Below, piece after piece: positions 9,730 through 19,662 of a stretch of 64,000 bases of DNA. Below the pieces are notes generated by a model. It was given only the letters and a program-made list of their open reading frames with translations. It made no database searches and was not told where the DNA came from. Made by a program: the position numbers and the translations under genes. The stretch comes from a virus (Duplodnaviria > Caudoviricetes). Location: the IMG/VR virus record IMGVR_UViG_3300026085_000093, positions 96,001 to 160,000 of that record. One strand, 5' to 3'. Within the stretch, counting starts at the first letter, position 1. Every line of letters starts with the position of its first letter.

Positions 9730-11633
9730 GCTTTACCAAAATTCCTTCTTCTTGCAAAAAATATTTGTTCACAAAATTGTTGTAAACTCATATTTTGGTT
9801 TTCAGGAAAATCAAACAATAAAGTACTCTTATTATTTAATTCTTCCCCGCTATGTATGTATCCTAGAAAATCGTAATCGTAATCTTTTGTGAGCGGGTAA
9901 GATTTAATTTTGTTGTAATCGATAAGGTAACTAGACTGGAAGTCCATAAGTTGGTCCATTACATCTTGTGGAAAATATGCGTATTCTTTTTGTACAAAAT
10001 CTTTTACAACACTAAACACATGTGATGCTTTGTCTTCACTATGTAAGTTAATAATAGTGCTGTGGATAAGATTCCAACCGTGTATTTCAATGCCTTGAAT
10101 TTTAGGGTGATCAATTCTACCGTTAGTACCCCAGTTAATATAGTATTTTCTAATGCGATCAATTTCGCTTTTTAACCAAGGATCTTGGCTTATATGGTCA
10201 AATAATTTTTCGTAAAATTCACTGTATTCTATGTTGCTAAAGTTGTATAAAAATCGACTGATATAATTTGTGATACCGTTGATATGGAAAGTATTTTGGA
10301 ACCAACTATACACTTGTGCATCTAGCATCTTTTCATAAGGTAAGTCTTTTGTAGATACAACAATATCTATACCTTCTTTAAGTTCATCTTCGTTATAAGC
10401 GCCAACAAGATAGTCAGTAACTTTTCTACCTTCAATTTCAAATTCTTGTTTTTGTACAAGATTCATTTCTGCATTTTCAAGCAACTGTGCTTGATATACT
10501 GTAACGCCTGTATGGTTACCAGCTTTGTATAGACTATAAAAATTATCTTTCCAAGTTTCTAATGTTTCTCCAGGTAACCCTAAAATTAATTCTGTATATA
10601 ACGGAATATTGTTTTCTTCGCACATATCAAACACTTCTTCAATTTTATTCATTTCAAGATTTTTTCGTTTGATAATTTCTAAAACATTTTCATCCATCGA
10701 TTGCACAGAAAGATTTAAACCAATTTTTGCACCGCCATCATAGATAAGTTTTCTTACAATATCTACAACTTCTTTCTTTTGGTTTTTAGCCCATGCAATA
10801 GTATATGCTTTTGGATTGTCATATGTTTTTTGTACTTGAATAAGTTTATCTGCAATCATACTATCACGTTCAGCGAAAATACCAAAGTTTGCATCTGTTA
10901 AACTTACAAAGTCGCAACCTGTTTTACCGATCCATTCTAATTCATCAAACACACGTTCTAAATTAAACTTTTTAACTTTATTATATGTTAAACTGCCCCA
11001 GTCACAAAAAGTACAAGCATACGGACACCCACGATTAGTTTCAAGTGTAGCATTCCATGTTACTTCAGGATGCTTTGCCATAAGTTTATCAAATACACCT
11101 GTTAAGTAAGGACTAGGTATTTCATCTAATTCATTAATTCTAGGCTGTGCACCTGTGTCTACAGTTTTACCATCTACATTTACGATTAAACCCTTTACAT
11201 CTAACCAAGAATCTCTGTCATCTAATGCTTCAAGAATTTTTCTAAAACTTCTTTCGCCTTCTTGTTTTACACAAACGTCAATATACGGAAAACGTTCAAA
11301 AAAGTTTGGATCTTCAATGGGAGGCTCTGGACCTCCAAACAAAATAACAATATCAGGATTTGCTTTTTTTAATTCTCTTGCTAAAACATTATTGTATTGT
11401 TTGTTCCATATATATGTAGAAAAGCCTACTACTGTGTTGTCCTTTAAAAGTTCAACTGTTTCAGCAATAGGATCTCTGCGCCAAACAAACTCGTCTAGTT
11501 CATATTGGCTACTAACAGATTCAAACTGATTAACATATGACCAAAGTATGCCAACACTATACGGTAAGTAGTAAGCATTGAACTCTTTAGGTCCTTGTTG
11601 GAAATTTGGGTTTACAAAACTAATTTTTTTCAT
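9669..11633 (-). CDS. Cobalamin (B12)-binding radical SAM protein
   Basis: N-terminal B12-binding domain (PYSVGIL...VVGFSTYIWN...ILFGGPE), then ETNRGCPYACTFCDWG, DANFG, and ELILGLPGET. Confidence 0.9.
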   Translation of the reverse strand: MKKISFVNPNFQQGPKEFNAYYLPYSVGILWSYVNQFESVSSQYELDEFVWRRDPIAETVELLKDNTVVGFSTYIWNKQYNNVLARELKKANPDIVILFGGPEPPIEDPNFFERFPYIDVCVKQEGERSFRKILEALDDRDSWLDVKGLIVNVDGKTVDTGAQPRINELDEIPSPYLTGVFDKLMAKHPEVTWNATLETNRGCPYACTFCDWGSLTYNKVKKFNLERVFDELEWIGKTGCDFVSLTDANFGIFAERDSMIADKLIQVQKTYDNPKAYTIAWAKNQKKEVVDIVRKLIYDGGAKIGLNLSVQSMDENVLEIIKRKNLEMNKIEEVFDMCEENNIPLYTELILGLPGETLETWKDNFYSLYKAGNHTGVTVYQAQLLENAEMNLVQKQEFEIEGRKVTDYLVGAYNEDELKEGIDIVVSTKDLPYEKMLDAQVYSWFQNTFHINGITNYISRFLYNFSNIEYSEFYEKLFDHISQDPWLKSEIDRIRKYYINWGTNGRIDHPKIQGIEIHGWNLIHSTIINLHSEDKASHVFSVVKDFVQKEYAYFPQDVMDQLMDFQSSYLIDYNKIKSYPLTKDYDYDFLGYIHSGEELNNKSTLLFDFPENQNMSLQQFCEQIFFARRRNFGKAWVTKKMLHTFTHGNMEMQN

Positions 11634-12849
11634 TGATAGTATATTTATTGTTAAAAAGATTTTGCACTGTTGCCATGAGCCTTAATCCAGTATCTCTGTC
11701 ATAATTGGAAGATCTAAAAAGATTTTGATTATATGTAATCTTATTTAGATTTTCCATAATTATATCTTCTTTTTGGGTTCTTGTCAATTTAATCCATTTT
11801 TCTAAACTTTGGTGGAATGCTTGAAATCGTTCATATGGATTTAAAATCTCATCGTAACTCTGATCTATCCCTTCAAAGTCTGTTTTATATCCTAAACTTC
11901 TAAGATATTTTAGTACTCGAAATTGCCCTAAAACCATAAATGGATGCCCGGCTGCAATAGGCTTCATAACCTTTTCTGTAATAAACATTCCTTCTTCTGC
12001 AAACGCAGTTTCTGTTACAACACTAAGTAAACTATTTTCGTAAAGAGCATGATTAAAAATAGTTGCATCTTTATCAGGATCACTTTTACAATCTACTCCG
12101 TCAATGTCTAAAGGTAAACCTTTAAGCAATGTTTTATTCCATAGTTTATCATCTTGTAGTGTAATTCTACTAGGCATGCCTACTTGGCCTTTTTGTGGTA
12201 AACTGCCACTAACAAGTCCTTGATTTACATATCCTGTATTAAGTAACCAAAACAAATGTTCAAGTCTTGAAGACCGTGTATTTCTGTTCATACTTAAAAA
12301 ATCTTTAGAATCTTTATTTTTAATAGCATTTATAACTAATGCATTTTGCGGTATTCTATCATCAAAATAAAATGTATGAGTAAAACTGTGAACATGAGCA
12401 AATAAAGGCACTTCATAATTTCTACTACACCATGTTAAATAGTTTGTTGAGAAATCTGCATTACCATCCATAAGTATGACACTATTTTTATGGAAATCAT
12501 TTTCTTCCATTACTTCGTGCATATTATAAAAACCGTCACATCCAGGAAAAATCATATTCATGCCTTCGGAAGAATTATCAATTACAATTCTTATTTTTCC
12601 TCTTCGAACTGCATTAGCAACATCATTTGGAAGATTATTCAAGACATGATTATCATATGTTCCCCAATCATTAGCATGACCTGCAACACTTACAAAATAT
12701 ATTCCAGGCCAGTTCCATCCATCTTTAATTTGTTTTACACCAAAACCTGCTTTTTTAAGTGTTCGAGAGTATAACCAAGTATCAAAAATGTACGGCTGTA
12801 CACCGTACATATTTCCAATTGTGTCATGATAGTATGCTGCAAGTTTCAA
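11620..12849 (-). CDS. GT10-like glycosyltransferase domain protein
   Basis: FLSMNRNTR...R and SVVTETAF...FITEKVMKPIAAGHPFMVLG...GYKTDF...SYDEI. Paralogous to 7564-9729 and 13811-15118. Confidence 0.55.
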   Translation of the reverse strand: MKLAAYYHDTIGNMYGVQPYIFDTWLYSRTLKKAGFGVKQIKDGWNWPGIYFVSVAGHANDWGTYDNHVLNNLPNDVANAVRRGKIRIVIDNSSEGMNMIFPGCDGFYNMHEVMEENDFHKNSVILMDGNADFSTNYLTWCSRNYEVPLFAHVHSFTHTFYFDDRIPQNALVINAIKNKDSKDFLSMNRNTRSSRLEHLFWLLNTGYVNQGLVSGSLPQKGQVGMPSRITLQDDKLWNKTLLKGLPLDIDGVDCKSDPDKDATIFNHALYENSLLSVVTETAFAEEGMFITEKVMKPIAAGHPFMVLGQFRVLKYLRSLGYKTDFEGIDQSYDEILNPYERFQAFHQSLEKWIKLTRTQKEDIIMENLNKITYNQNLFRSSNYDRDTGLRLMATVQNLFNNKYTINEKN

Positions 12850-13814
12850 GTTTCTTGTTTCTCAATTTGTTGTAGTATCCACTGGTAGGTTTGTTGCAAC
12901 CCATATTCTAAATTATCTTGTGGTGCCCATCCTATAGTTTCTTGAATAAGTTTGTTATGACTATTTCTACCGTTTACACCGACGGGACCTGGCACATTAT
13001 TAATTGTAAGTTTTTTATTAGTATTAACACTTGCAATTAAGTGTGCTAAATCATTTATAGCAATCATACGTTCACTACCAAGATTTAACGGCTGATTATA
13101 ATCGCTTTCCATAATTCTATGGATGCCTTCAATAGCTTCATCGATATAAAGAAAACTTCTTGTTTGTGTGCCAGGTCCCCAAATTTCTACAGTTTCGTCT
13201 TCGCTCATTGCAACTTTTCTACATAAGGCGGCGGGAGATTTTTCTTTACCTCCAGTCCATGTGCTTTCTGGTCCAAATACATTATGAAAACGACACATTC
13301 TTGCACGTATACCGTAATTCTTTTCAAATGACATACACAAACGTTCGCTGAATAATTTTTCCCAACCGTATTCAGAATCGGGATTCGCTGGATACGCACT
13401 TTCTTCACTACACAAAGGATTATCAGGATCCATTTGATTGTGTTCAGGATACATGCAAGCACTTGAACTATAAAAAATACGTTTTACACCTTTAACAACC
13501 ATTTCTTTTAAAATGTTAAGATTTATCATTGCAGAGTTGTGCATAATATCAGCATCGTTATCTCCTGTAAAAATATATCCTGCTCCTCCCATATCCGCAG
13601 CAAGTTGATATATTTCATAGATGTCTTCTGTAATTAATTTGCGTACATCTGCTTGTTCTCGCAAATCTACAATATGAAATTCATTGCATTCAGTTTCGCT
13701 GAATTCAGGATACTCTAAATCTGCACCGATTACATAGTGTCCTTGTGCTTTTAAACTTCTTACTAAATGAACTCCTATAAATCCGCCTGCGCCGCATACT
13801 AATATTTTACTCAT
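12846..13814 (-). CDS. NAD-dependent epimerase, GDP-mannose 3,5-epimerase-like
   Basis: GAGGFIG, QLAADMGGAGYI, SSSACMYP, YGWEK (YxxxK), RFHNVFGP, GGKEKSPAALCRK and GRNS are motifs characteristic of the GME subfamily. Confidence 0.85.
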   Translation of the reverse strand: MSKILVCGAGGFIGVHLVRSLKAQGHYVIGADLEYPEFSETECNEFHIVDLREQADVRKLITEDIYEIYQLAADMGGAGYIFTGDNDADIMHNSAMINLNILKEMVVKGVKRIFYSSSACMYPEHNQMDPDNPLCSEESAYPANPDSEYGWEKLFSERLCMSFEKNYGIRARMCRFHNVFGPESTWTGGKEKSPAALCRKVAMSEDETVEIWGPGTQTRSFLYIDEAIEGIHRIMESDYNQPLNLGSERMIAINDLAHLIASVNTNKKLTINNVPGPVGVNGRNSHNKLIQETIGWAPQDNLEYGLQQTYQWILQQIEKQET

Positions 13815-15118
13815 ATGTCTGCTCCATATTTTTCAACAAGATCTAATAATTCTACAGGTTTTAAATTTTTAAAATGCTGAATATTATATTCTCGTATTTC
13901 ATGTGTTTGTGTATATAACTGTTTTAGTTTTTGTTCAGGCCAAGACTTGATATCTTTACATACTTTAATAATTGCTTCCATTCTGTCTTTGGCGTTTAAT
14001 ATTTCATCATAACTTTCGTCCCACCAATTATCAAAAGTTTTAAATCCTAACTTTTTAAGATACTGAAGTGTAAACGCAGGACCAACAATAATAAAAGGTT
14101 GTTTGAATATAATTGGCTTCATTGTTTTTTCTGTCAAATGAATTACATTATTTTCAAAATTTGTTTCGCTTGCAAGATGAATATATGTTCGATCATACCA
14201 TTCAGCAGTATCCATTAAGTGTTCTTCTACAGGAAATCTGTCAAAATGTTTACTGTCTAACACAAAAGGCAAATCGTCCCATAAATTTTCAAAATCTTCT
14301 CTTTCAAATCCTAAATTATATTTTGAAGAAGTTCTTTCAAAATCGTATATAAAATGTTCAAAAGGTCTATTGACACCTCCGTGTCTGTCAAAACTCATAT
14401 GACAGTCATCTAGCATATCATTTTTAATCATCTGTAATAACAGCAACATACGATGTTCATGGCTACGTCTGTTAAAATTTAAAAACAATCTATCTTGCTT
14501 GCCTAAGTCAACACGGCTTTCATAAACTTCATCACGTAAAATGTCTTTTGTAATTTGTATATACAAACCCATATATTCAACATTTAATTTATCTTTGCCT
14601 ACACCTGCTTGTAAACAGTACTTGTCGTAAATAGTTTGTATATTTGCACAGTTTGTTGCATAGATAACTTTATTTAAAGGTACACCTTGACTATTAAAAT
14701 AATCATGTAGAGTTTGAAAATCTCTATGCGTAACAAAACTTTCGTATCTACAGTTTACAAATAGATATCCATTACCATTATAAATCCTATCCCAAACTTC
14801 TCCGGGAATAGGTGTTCTTTGTAAAAATCCGCAAAACTGATCCATTGTAATAGACATGTAATTTAAGTTAGGACTTAAAATAACTTCATAAAAAAACTTT
14901 CTATCGCCTATATCTTTTATTTCAGAAGAAGGAATAATTTTGCAAGGTACAAAATTTCCTATTTCCATAACAGCAGGATCATGTTCCATTGTTGCATCAC
15001 TAAACTTAACATCAATGTCGTCAATACGTTTAGCGAGATCATATATGTCAGGTATCTTATGGTTATTTAAAGGACCTAGTGGTCCAATCCAATTATATGC
15101 CCAAATCAACTGTTTCAT
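13811..15118 (-). CDS. GT10-like glycosyltransferase domain protein
   Basis: FLNFNRR...HR and HLASETNF...HLTEKTMKPIIFKQPFIIVG...GFKTFDNWWDESYD. Confidence 0.55.
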   Translation of the reverse strand: MKQLIWAYNWIGPLGPLNNHKIPDIYDLAKRIDDIDVKFSDATMEHDPAVMEIGNFVPCKIIPSSEIKDIGDRKFFYEVILSPNLNYMSITMDQFCGFLQRTPIPGEVWDRIYNGNGYLFVNCRYESFVTHRDFQTLHDYFNSQGVPLNKVIYATNCANIQTIYDKYCLQAGVGKDKLNVEYMGLYIQITKDILRDEVYESRVDLGKQDRLFLNFNRRSHEHRMLLLLQMIKNDMLDDCHMSFDRHGGVNRPFEHFIYDFERTSSKYNLGFEREDFENLWDDLPFVLDSKHFDRFPVEEHLMDTAEWYDRTYIHLASETNFENNVIHLTEKTMKPIIFKQPFIIVGPAFTLQYLKKLGFKTFDNWWDESYDEILNAKDRMEAIIKVCKDIKSWPEQKLKQLYTQTHEIREYNIQHFKNLKPVELLDLVEKYGADI

Positions 15119-15944
15119 GTGTTAATTCACTTATATCGTAACTATTCTTAAAATTTTTCATACTGTCCATTTTTTCAAGCATTAATTCTTGGTTATATAT
15201 ATTTTCTCTTACAGGTACAAATATTTCATTACAAACATATTTGTTATAATGTGTCATATTATTTGTAGCAATTTTTAGTTTTGGTGCTAAAATTTCTTTT
15301 ATAAAATTATATGTTTGTTCAGGTTTAGGATGATCATCAACCCAGTTTCCTCCCACATTTGTCATAAAAATTGGCTTTTTTTCTTTAAAATGATGATATA
15401 AAGGCAATTCTATAAATTTATAACGAAGTTTGTTTATTTTGTGTGTCATGTTTTGTGCAATATGTTTATTATGTCCTACTAAATCGTTATGTTTTCCTCT
15501 TTGTATACTTAGATGTGCCATAGCATCTGGTGTAAGAAACATAAAGGTCCAATTTACTTTTAAAGATTCTAGCAAGCGTATTGTATGAAACATGTATGTT
15601 AATGTTTTTATATATGATGTAGTAGGACTCATAATGTAATCTAATTTTGCTGTTGCTAATTCTATTGCCAAGCCGCCGCCATGATTTGACCATTCTTCTT
15701 CTTTTTCGAGATAATCAATTCTTGTAGGTTCTGACCATTGAACAATAACAGTGTCGTTTTCTTTGATTTTATTTGCTAACACACATCCTAATAATCTATG
15801 ATAAATGGCAAAATTACCTATACCTGCTAAACCGCAGTTAAATGTTTTATCAAATTGCTGTGCCAAATATTCAGGATACATAGGCCAACTGTAATTTGTA
15901 AAACTACAACCATAACAAAACAAATTAGGCAACTTGTAATTCAT
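15093..15944 (-). CDS. SGNH/GDSL-like protein
   Basis: YGCSFT, NCGLAGIGN, VQWSEPTRID, DDHP. Paralog of 3106-3996. Confidence 0.6.
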   Translation of the reverse strand: MNYKLPNLFCYGCSFTNYSWPMYPEYLAQQFDKTFNCGLAGIGNFAIYHRLLGCVLANKIKENDTVIVQWSEPTRIDYLEKEEEWSNHGGGLAIELATAKLDYIMSPTTSYIKTLTYMFHTIRLLESLKVNWTFMFLTPDAMAHLSIQRGKHNDLVGHNKHIAQNMTHKINKLRYKFIELPLYHHFKEKKPIFMTNVGGNWVDDHPKPEQTYNFIKEILAPKLKIATNNMTHYNKYVCNEIFVPVRENIYNQELMLEKMDSMKNFKNSYDISELTHETVDLGI

Positions 15945-17307
15945 CCTTAGTCTGCTTACACAAATTATAAAAACCTTCCATCTCAGGAAATGTTTCTAAA
16001 AAGTTTACATTTCTTCTTACATCATATTCATTAAACCAATTATAAAAATCTGCTCTGCCTTCTTTTACTCTTGGTTCGTCATAGTTAACATTTGCAAAAT
16101 AATTTCTTACTCTACGAAAACGCTCATATTCTAAATCACTAAATTTTGTAGTGTCTTTGTCGTCTCTATTGTCATCAATAAATTGTAAAATTTTATCCAT
16201 GTAAGGCAAAAATTCATCCTTAGGTAAAATATGCATGTCATATTGTAACGGTTCTTTTAGATAAGGTGTATCAAATCTAATACGTCTACGCTTAGGATCA
16301 TAAAATTCTTTACGCCAATCTAAAACTTTTTGTAGGAATAAATTAAAACTTGTAACACTAAGAATATTAAACGTACACATGATTGTCAAATCAGAGCCAG
16401 TAATATTTAAAAAGTTTTTCATATTACTTTCCCAAAGATTTACATCTAAACCTGTTCGAAGATATTCTGCACGATTGTCAAATGTATCCATACTAGAATA
16501 TACTTTAAACTTTTTAATTTTGTTACCTTCTAAAAGTTCTTTTACATTATCAGCAAACTTAGACACAATACGTGGACTTAATCCCATATTACTATTGAGG
16601 TTAAGTTCAATATGAGGACGTGGATTTTCTTTAAGTTCGTCAAATATACGCCATGTGCTTTTATGCATAAGAGGCTCACCTCCTGTAATCCGTAAAATGT
16701 TTAGTGTCTTACTTACTTCAGGCCACCATTTCCACCATGCATCTACGTAAGGATTTGACCCTTCTTCCATAGGCTGGAACCAATCAACATCGCACCTATG
16801 ATTTTTTACCATATCATACGGACCATGTTTTTTGACTTCGTTATAGAAACTACTACTTGCCATAGGTGAACAATATCCACATTTAAAATTACATTCATTA
16901 CTAAATGCAATTTCAATATATTCTGGATTTACGTTAAAGTCCCAAGGAGAATCTACAATTTCTTGTAATCGCTCAGGCTTGTAAATACTTTCATTACGAA
17001 TGTTTCTATCAGAAATATGATCATCACCTAATGCTTCAACATTCCAACAATAAGTACAGCCTTTAGGTTTTTCACCTACAAGCATTTTTGCACGTTCTTT
17101 TTTCTTTGTAAGTGTATTGTGCAATGCACTAGGATTGTTTTTAATTTCTTGTAAATCAATCTTATGCGGTGGCGGATGATAACAACTGTGTGTATCACCT
17201 GTATGTAAATAAATTGTAGTATGATGCCACTTGGCCAAACAGAATGTAGGACTTACATCCTCCATTATACCAGCAGCTTCTTTAATTCTATCTGTTTCTG
17301 ATTTCAT
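15925..17307 (-). CDS. Radical SAM protein with N-terminal twitch domain
   Basis: CLAKW...HSCYHPP...GCTYCW, then CNFKCGYC and ITGGEP. Confidence 0.85.
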   Translation of the reverse strand: MKSETDRIKEAAGIMEDVSPTFCLAKWHHTTIYLHTGDTHSCYHPPPHKIDLQEIKNNPSALHNTLTKKKERAKMLVGEKPKGCTYCWNVEALGDDHISDRNIRNESIYKPERLQEIVDSPWDFNVNPEYIEIAFSNECNFKCGYCSPMASSSFYNEVKKHGPYDMVKNHRCDVDWFQPMEEGSNPYVDAWWKWWPEVSKTLNILRITGGEPLMHKSTWRIFDELKENPRPHIELNLNSNMGLSPRIVSKFADNVKELLEGNKIKKFKVYSSMDTFDNRAEYLRTGLDVNLWESNMKNFLNITGSDLTIMCTFNILSVTSFNLFLQKVLDWRKEFYDPKRRRIRFDTPYLKEPLQYDMHILPKDEFLPYMDKILQFIDDNRDDKDTTKFSDLEYERFRRVRNYFANVNYDEPRVKEGRADFYNWFNEYDVRRNVNFLETFPEMEGFYNLCKQTKDELQVA

Positions 17308-18242
17308 ATAAATTGTTGTCCAGCGGTTCTTCCCGGATTTTGATATACTGTTTTAAAAAATGCACTTTGCTGTGCATTTAAACATTCTTCAGCAATAGGA
17401 ATATCAAGTTCGTTAATAAGTTTAATGCCGTATTCTTCAATAGATTCTTCTAGTCCGTCCATTGATACTTTTGGTTCAACTTCATTCCACATGTTGTTTA
17501 AATATTTAAAATCACGAACATTTACATAATCCCAATCTGTACACATAGTTTTATATAGACCTTCGCGAGCACCGTAAACAGCCCATTTGCCGTTTTCTAC
17601 ATCGGCACCTATCATTAACCAAATATATAAACGATGCAAGTTCTTCCAATGATTACGTTTAAAATCATTTAAAGTAGGTTTCATACCTCTGTCAAGTGCC
17701 ATTTTTACACCTTCACGAAAGCCAGCACGCCAGGCTTGCTGAGGAGTAGCATTATTCATAATTTCACTATAACATGCATTCATTTGAATGTATTCTAAAT
17801 CCCAACAAAAATCTACCTGGGCGTGTGGGTTGTTAGGATCTGCATTTTCATGTGTACGCATGGCTAGTACTTTATCTTTAGGCCAACACTTGATACCACC
17901 GTTACCATACATTAGTCCATTAATTGTATTTCTAGCACTCCAACTAATAACACAATCTTCAAACTTTATATCACGATTCCAGTGGATATCTTCGTGTGTG
18001 TCTAAGTTATATTCTTTTGCAAGAAACTCCGAATTAATGATGTTATCACCGTCAATAGTAATAAATCTATCAGTTTCGCTTAGTTCTGCACATGCCTTAT
18101 GTGCTGCATCACTGCCTTCTACGCCATGTACACGTTTAGCCCAAGGAATTTTCCTACACAAATCTGCATAGTTTTTTTCAGCATTAGGTTCGTCATAACT
18201 AAGATAGATAATGTCATAGTCTAGTATTTTAAATTTGCTCAT
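17304..18242 (-). CDS. GT-A-like glycosyltransferase
   Basis: YDIIYLSYDE...AAHKACAELSETDRFITIDGD (DxD) and YGNGGIKCW. Confidence 0.6.
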   Translation of the reverse strand: MSKFKILDYDIIYLSYDEPNAEKNYADLCRKIPWAKRVHGVEGSDAAHKACAELSETDRFITIDGDNIINSEFLAKEYNLDTHEDIHWNRDIKFEDCVISWSARNTINGLMYGNGGIKCWPKDKVLAMRTHENADPNNPHAQVDFCWDLEYIQMNACYSEIMNNATPQQAWRAGFREGVKMALDRGMKPTLNDFKRNHWKNLHRLYIWLMIGADVENGKWAVYGAREGLYKTMCTDWDYVNVRDFKYLNNMWNEVEPKVSMDGLEESIEEYGIKLINELDIPIAEECLNAQQSAFFKTVYQNPGRTAGQQFI

Positions 18243-18807
18243 TCACCATTCTCCGACAGTAGGTATCGAATTTTTTAATAGTATACACACTTATGTCGGT
18301 TTTGTCTACCTTAAAATTATCATCAAATGCAACTTTTACAATATTTTCTTCAATCAAATCTCTAAAACCAAACTTGATAAACTGCAACAGATTATGAGGA
18401 TCATTGAACTCTGTAATTGAAAATTGCATAGGAAAATTGTAAAAAGAATCTTTAGATTTTGTTTCTTTTACGATCGCAGTATCGAGTTCAAATACCCATT
18501 CTTTGTTTTTACAATCTTGTGTAACAACAACGTCTGCTTTTTCTTTAAACGGAATTTCAAAAATATCATACCATATATCGGTATTAAAGTCTACTGCTAT
18601 AAGTTTATGCTTGAGTTCATATTTTTTTGTAGTGCTATCAAACGCAACACTATAATTTGTCATAGAATCTTTTGCATCTAAAATATCTTTCACTGCATCA
18701 ATGTCTACTTCAATCCAATTGCCTTCTTCAGATTTAGTATTGCTTACTGATAAAAGTTCTCCATTTTCATCAAAGTAAATAAATTTATTGGTAGATATTT
18801 GTAACAT
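18229..18807 (-). CDS. Hypothetical protein
   Basis: 192-aa ORF that abuts or overlaps both neighbours. No recognised motif. Confidence 0.7.
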   Translation of the reverse strand: MLQISTNKFIYFDENGELLSVSNTKSEEGNWIEVDIDAVKDILDAKDSMTNYSVAFDSTTKKYELKHKLIAVDFNTDIWYDIFEIPFKEKADVVVTQDCKNKEWVFELDTAIVKETKSKDSFYNFPMQFSITEFNDPHNLLQFIKFGFRDLIEENIVKVAFDDNFKVDKTDISVYTIKKFDTYCRRMVNEQI

Positions 18808-19662
18808 TTAAACTCCTACAAGTTTTTCATAAATTTCTATAATTCTATCATTTACAAAATCATCTTCTGTATAATGAAAAACGCCTTGCTGAAAATAATT
18901 GCCTATTTTTAATTTGCCGTCATTTGTAAGATACGTGCCTACATACTTCTGCCAACTGTCTACCTTTACATTAGTCCAATTTTGGCAATGTAACTTCATG
19001 TGTGTAAAATGAGGATAATCTCTTACTTTGCAAGTGACTTCATTTTCAATTCCAAGAATTTTTATAATTATTGCAGTAAGCATGTCAATACTTGCTACAC
19101 GTTGGTAATATTTGCCTCCTGCAAACTCTCCTTGAAACTTTTCCCAATTATTAACTGCTAGTTCTAACCATTTAAAATAAGTGTGCGCTAGATCAGATTT
19201 TTTAAAATAATAAAATCCTACATAAGTATCAGGCAAATGAAATTTATCAAATGCTGGCCTATAAAATCTACTTGTGACAATATCATTTCTATATGTTCTT
19301 ACATTTGATGTAAAAAATAAATCCTTTGTTTGTAAAAATTCCCACCAACGGCTAATGTCATCTAGCACAAGCATATCAACATCTAATACAATTGTACTAT
19401 CATATGGAGTAACATGATAAACTTTCCAACGATTATGAATCTTCCATTCCTGTCCTTGTGCAGCATCACCCCACGGTATTTCTTTTATGTAATCAAATAG
19501 ATTTTGATATTTGTCAGGCACAATATCATTTGTTACCAAACAAATTGAACTGTTTGGGTTTGAGTTTTTAATACTCATTGCACAAAGACACGCTTGTTGA
19601 ACATAATCAACATCTGTGTTTTGTGCAAACAATGTAAAATTAATCTTTGAATTCTGGGACAT
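18808..19662 (-). CDS. GT8-like glycosyltransferase
   Basis: Y...A...AMSIK..N, ICLVT, TPYDSTIVLDVDML (DxD), HFTHMK. Confidence 0.65.
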   Translation of the reverse strand: MSQNSKINFTLFAQNTDVDYVQQACLCAMSIKNSNPNSSICLVTNDIVPDKYQNLFDYIKEIPWGDAAQGQEWKIHNRWKVYHVTPYDSTIVLDVDMLVLDDISRWWEFLQTKDLFFTSNVRTYRNDIVTSRFYRPAFDKFHLPDTYVGFYYFKKSDLAHTYFKWLELAVNNWEKFQGEFAGGKYYQRVASIDMLTAIIIKILGIENEVTCKVRDYPHFTHMKLHCQNWTNVKVDSWQKYVGTYLTNDGKLKIGNYFQQGVFHYTEDDFVNDRIIEIYEKLVGV

